Positions 61,864-61,990 of a stretch of DNA of 61,990 nucleotides are shown here, piece by piece; position 1 is the first letter of the stretch, and each line of letters starts with the position of its first letter. The notes under the pieces are model-generated. The model was not told the DNA's origin. It was given only the letters and a program-made list of their open reading frames with translations, and did no database searches. A program made the translations under genes and the position numbers. Origin of the DNA: a virus (taxonomy: Duplodnaviria > Caudoviricetes). The DNA is taken from the IMG/VR virus record IMGVR_UViG_3300037475_000049, positions 1-61,990 of that record; one strand, written 5' to 3'.

Positions 61864-61990
61864 TTGCCAGTCAGGAGGCGGCGTTTTGCGGTATTTGCGC
61901 GGTTCTGCGTAGTACGGAGTGAAGCAATAGCGCCAGCGCTCCTTTTCCTGCTTGCGAACACTCTCTGTGAACTGATGCCACCAGTTTCCA
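61864..61990. repeat. 127-bp terminal direct repeat (right copy)
   Basis: Identical to 1-127. Confidence 0.95.

Noticed and set aside
61864-61990. 127-bp end repeat as a biological terminal repeat
   Set aside because: It falls mid-terL and 127 is a common assembler k-mer, so it is best read as circular overlap
1-61990. CRISPR array, tRNA genes, integrase/att site, alternative genetic code
   Set aside because: No regularly spaced repeats, cloverleafs or recombinase motifs seen by eye; long genes are intact in the standard code

Overview
The window is an apparently complete ~61.9 kb tailed dsDNA phage genome assembled as a circle: bases 1-127 equal 61864-61990, and the terminase ATPase gene runs across the join. 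Gene order is podovirus-like: terminase, portal, scaffold, capsid, adaptors, nozzle, Ig-like and fibre proteins, three ejection-like proteins, lysis genes. There is also an early region of small ORFs with an SSAP-like recombinase, RusA, a radical SAM enzyme and RHH/HTH regulators, plus two free-standing HNH endonucleases. I recognised no integrase, DNA polymerase, helicase, primase, tRNA or CRISPR. Protein style suggests an Acidobacteria host (inference). Most notable: (1) three tandem pairs of NrdR-box-like operators, 31-32 bp apart, sit on the promoters of the portal, capsid and fibre/lysis operons although the phage has no recognisable nrd or nrdR gene, suggesting late genes are gated by the host dNTP sensor. 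(2) Five fibre/depolymerase-like proteins carry Sec signal peptides. One ends in a dockerin-like module, while a signal-less tail-cluster Ig protein starts with a cohesin-like domain, suggesting exported appendages that dock onto the virion. (3) A self-promoted glycosyltransferase/methyltransferase operon lies antisense within the structural region. (4) The terminase and an adaptor gene appear split by inserted ORFs. (5) Many promoters look leaderless, and a leader-peptide attenuator precedes the packaging genes. All family calls are by motif recognition, without database searches.
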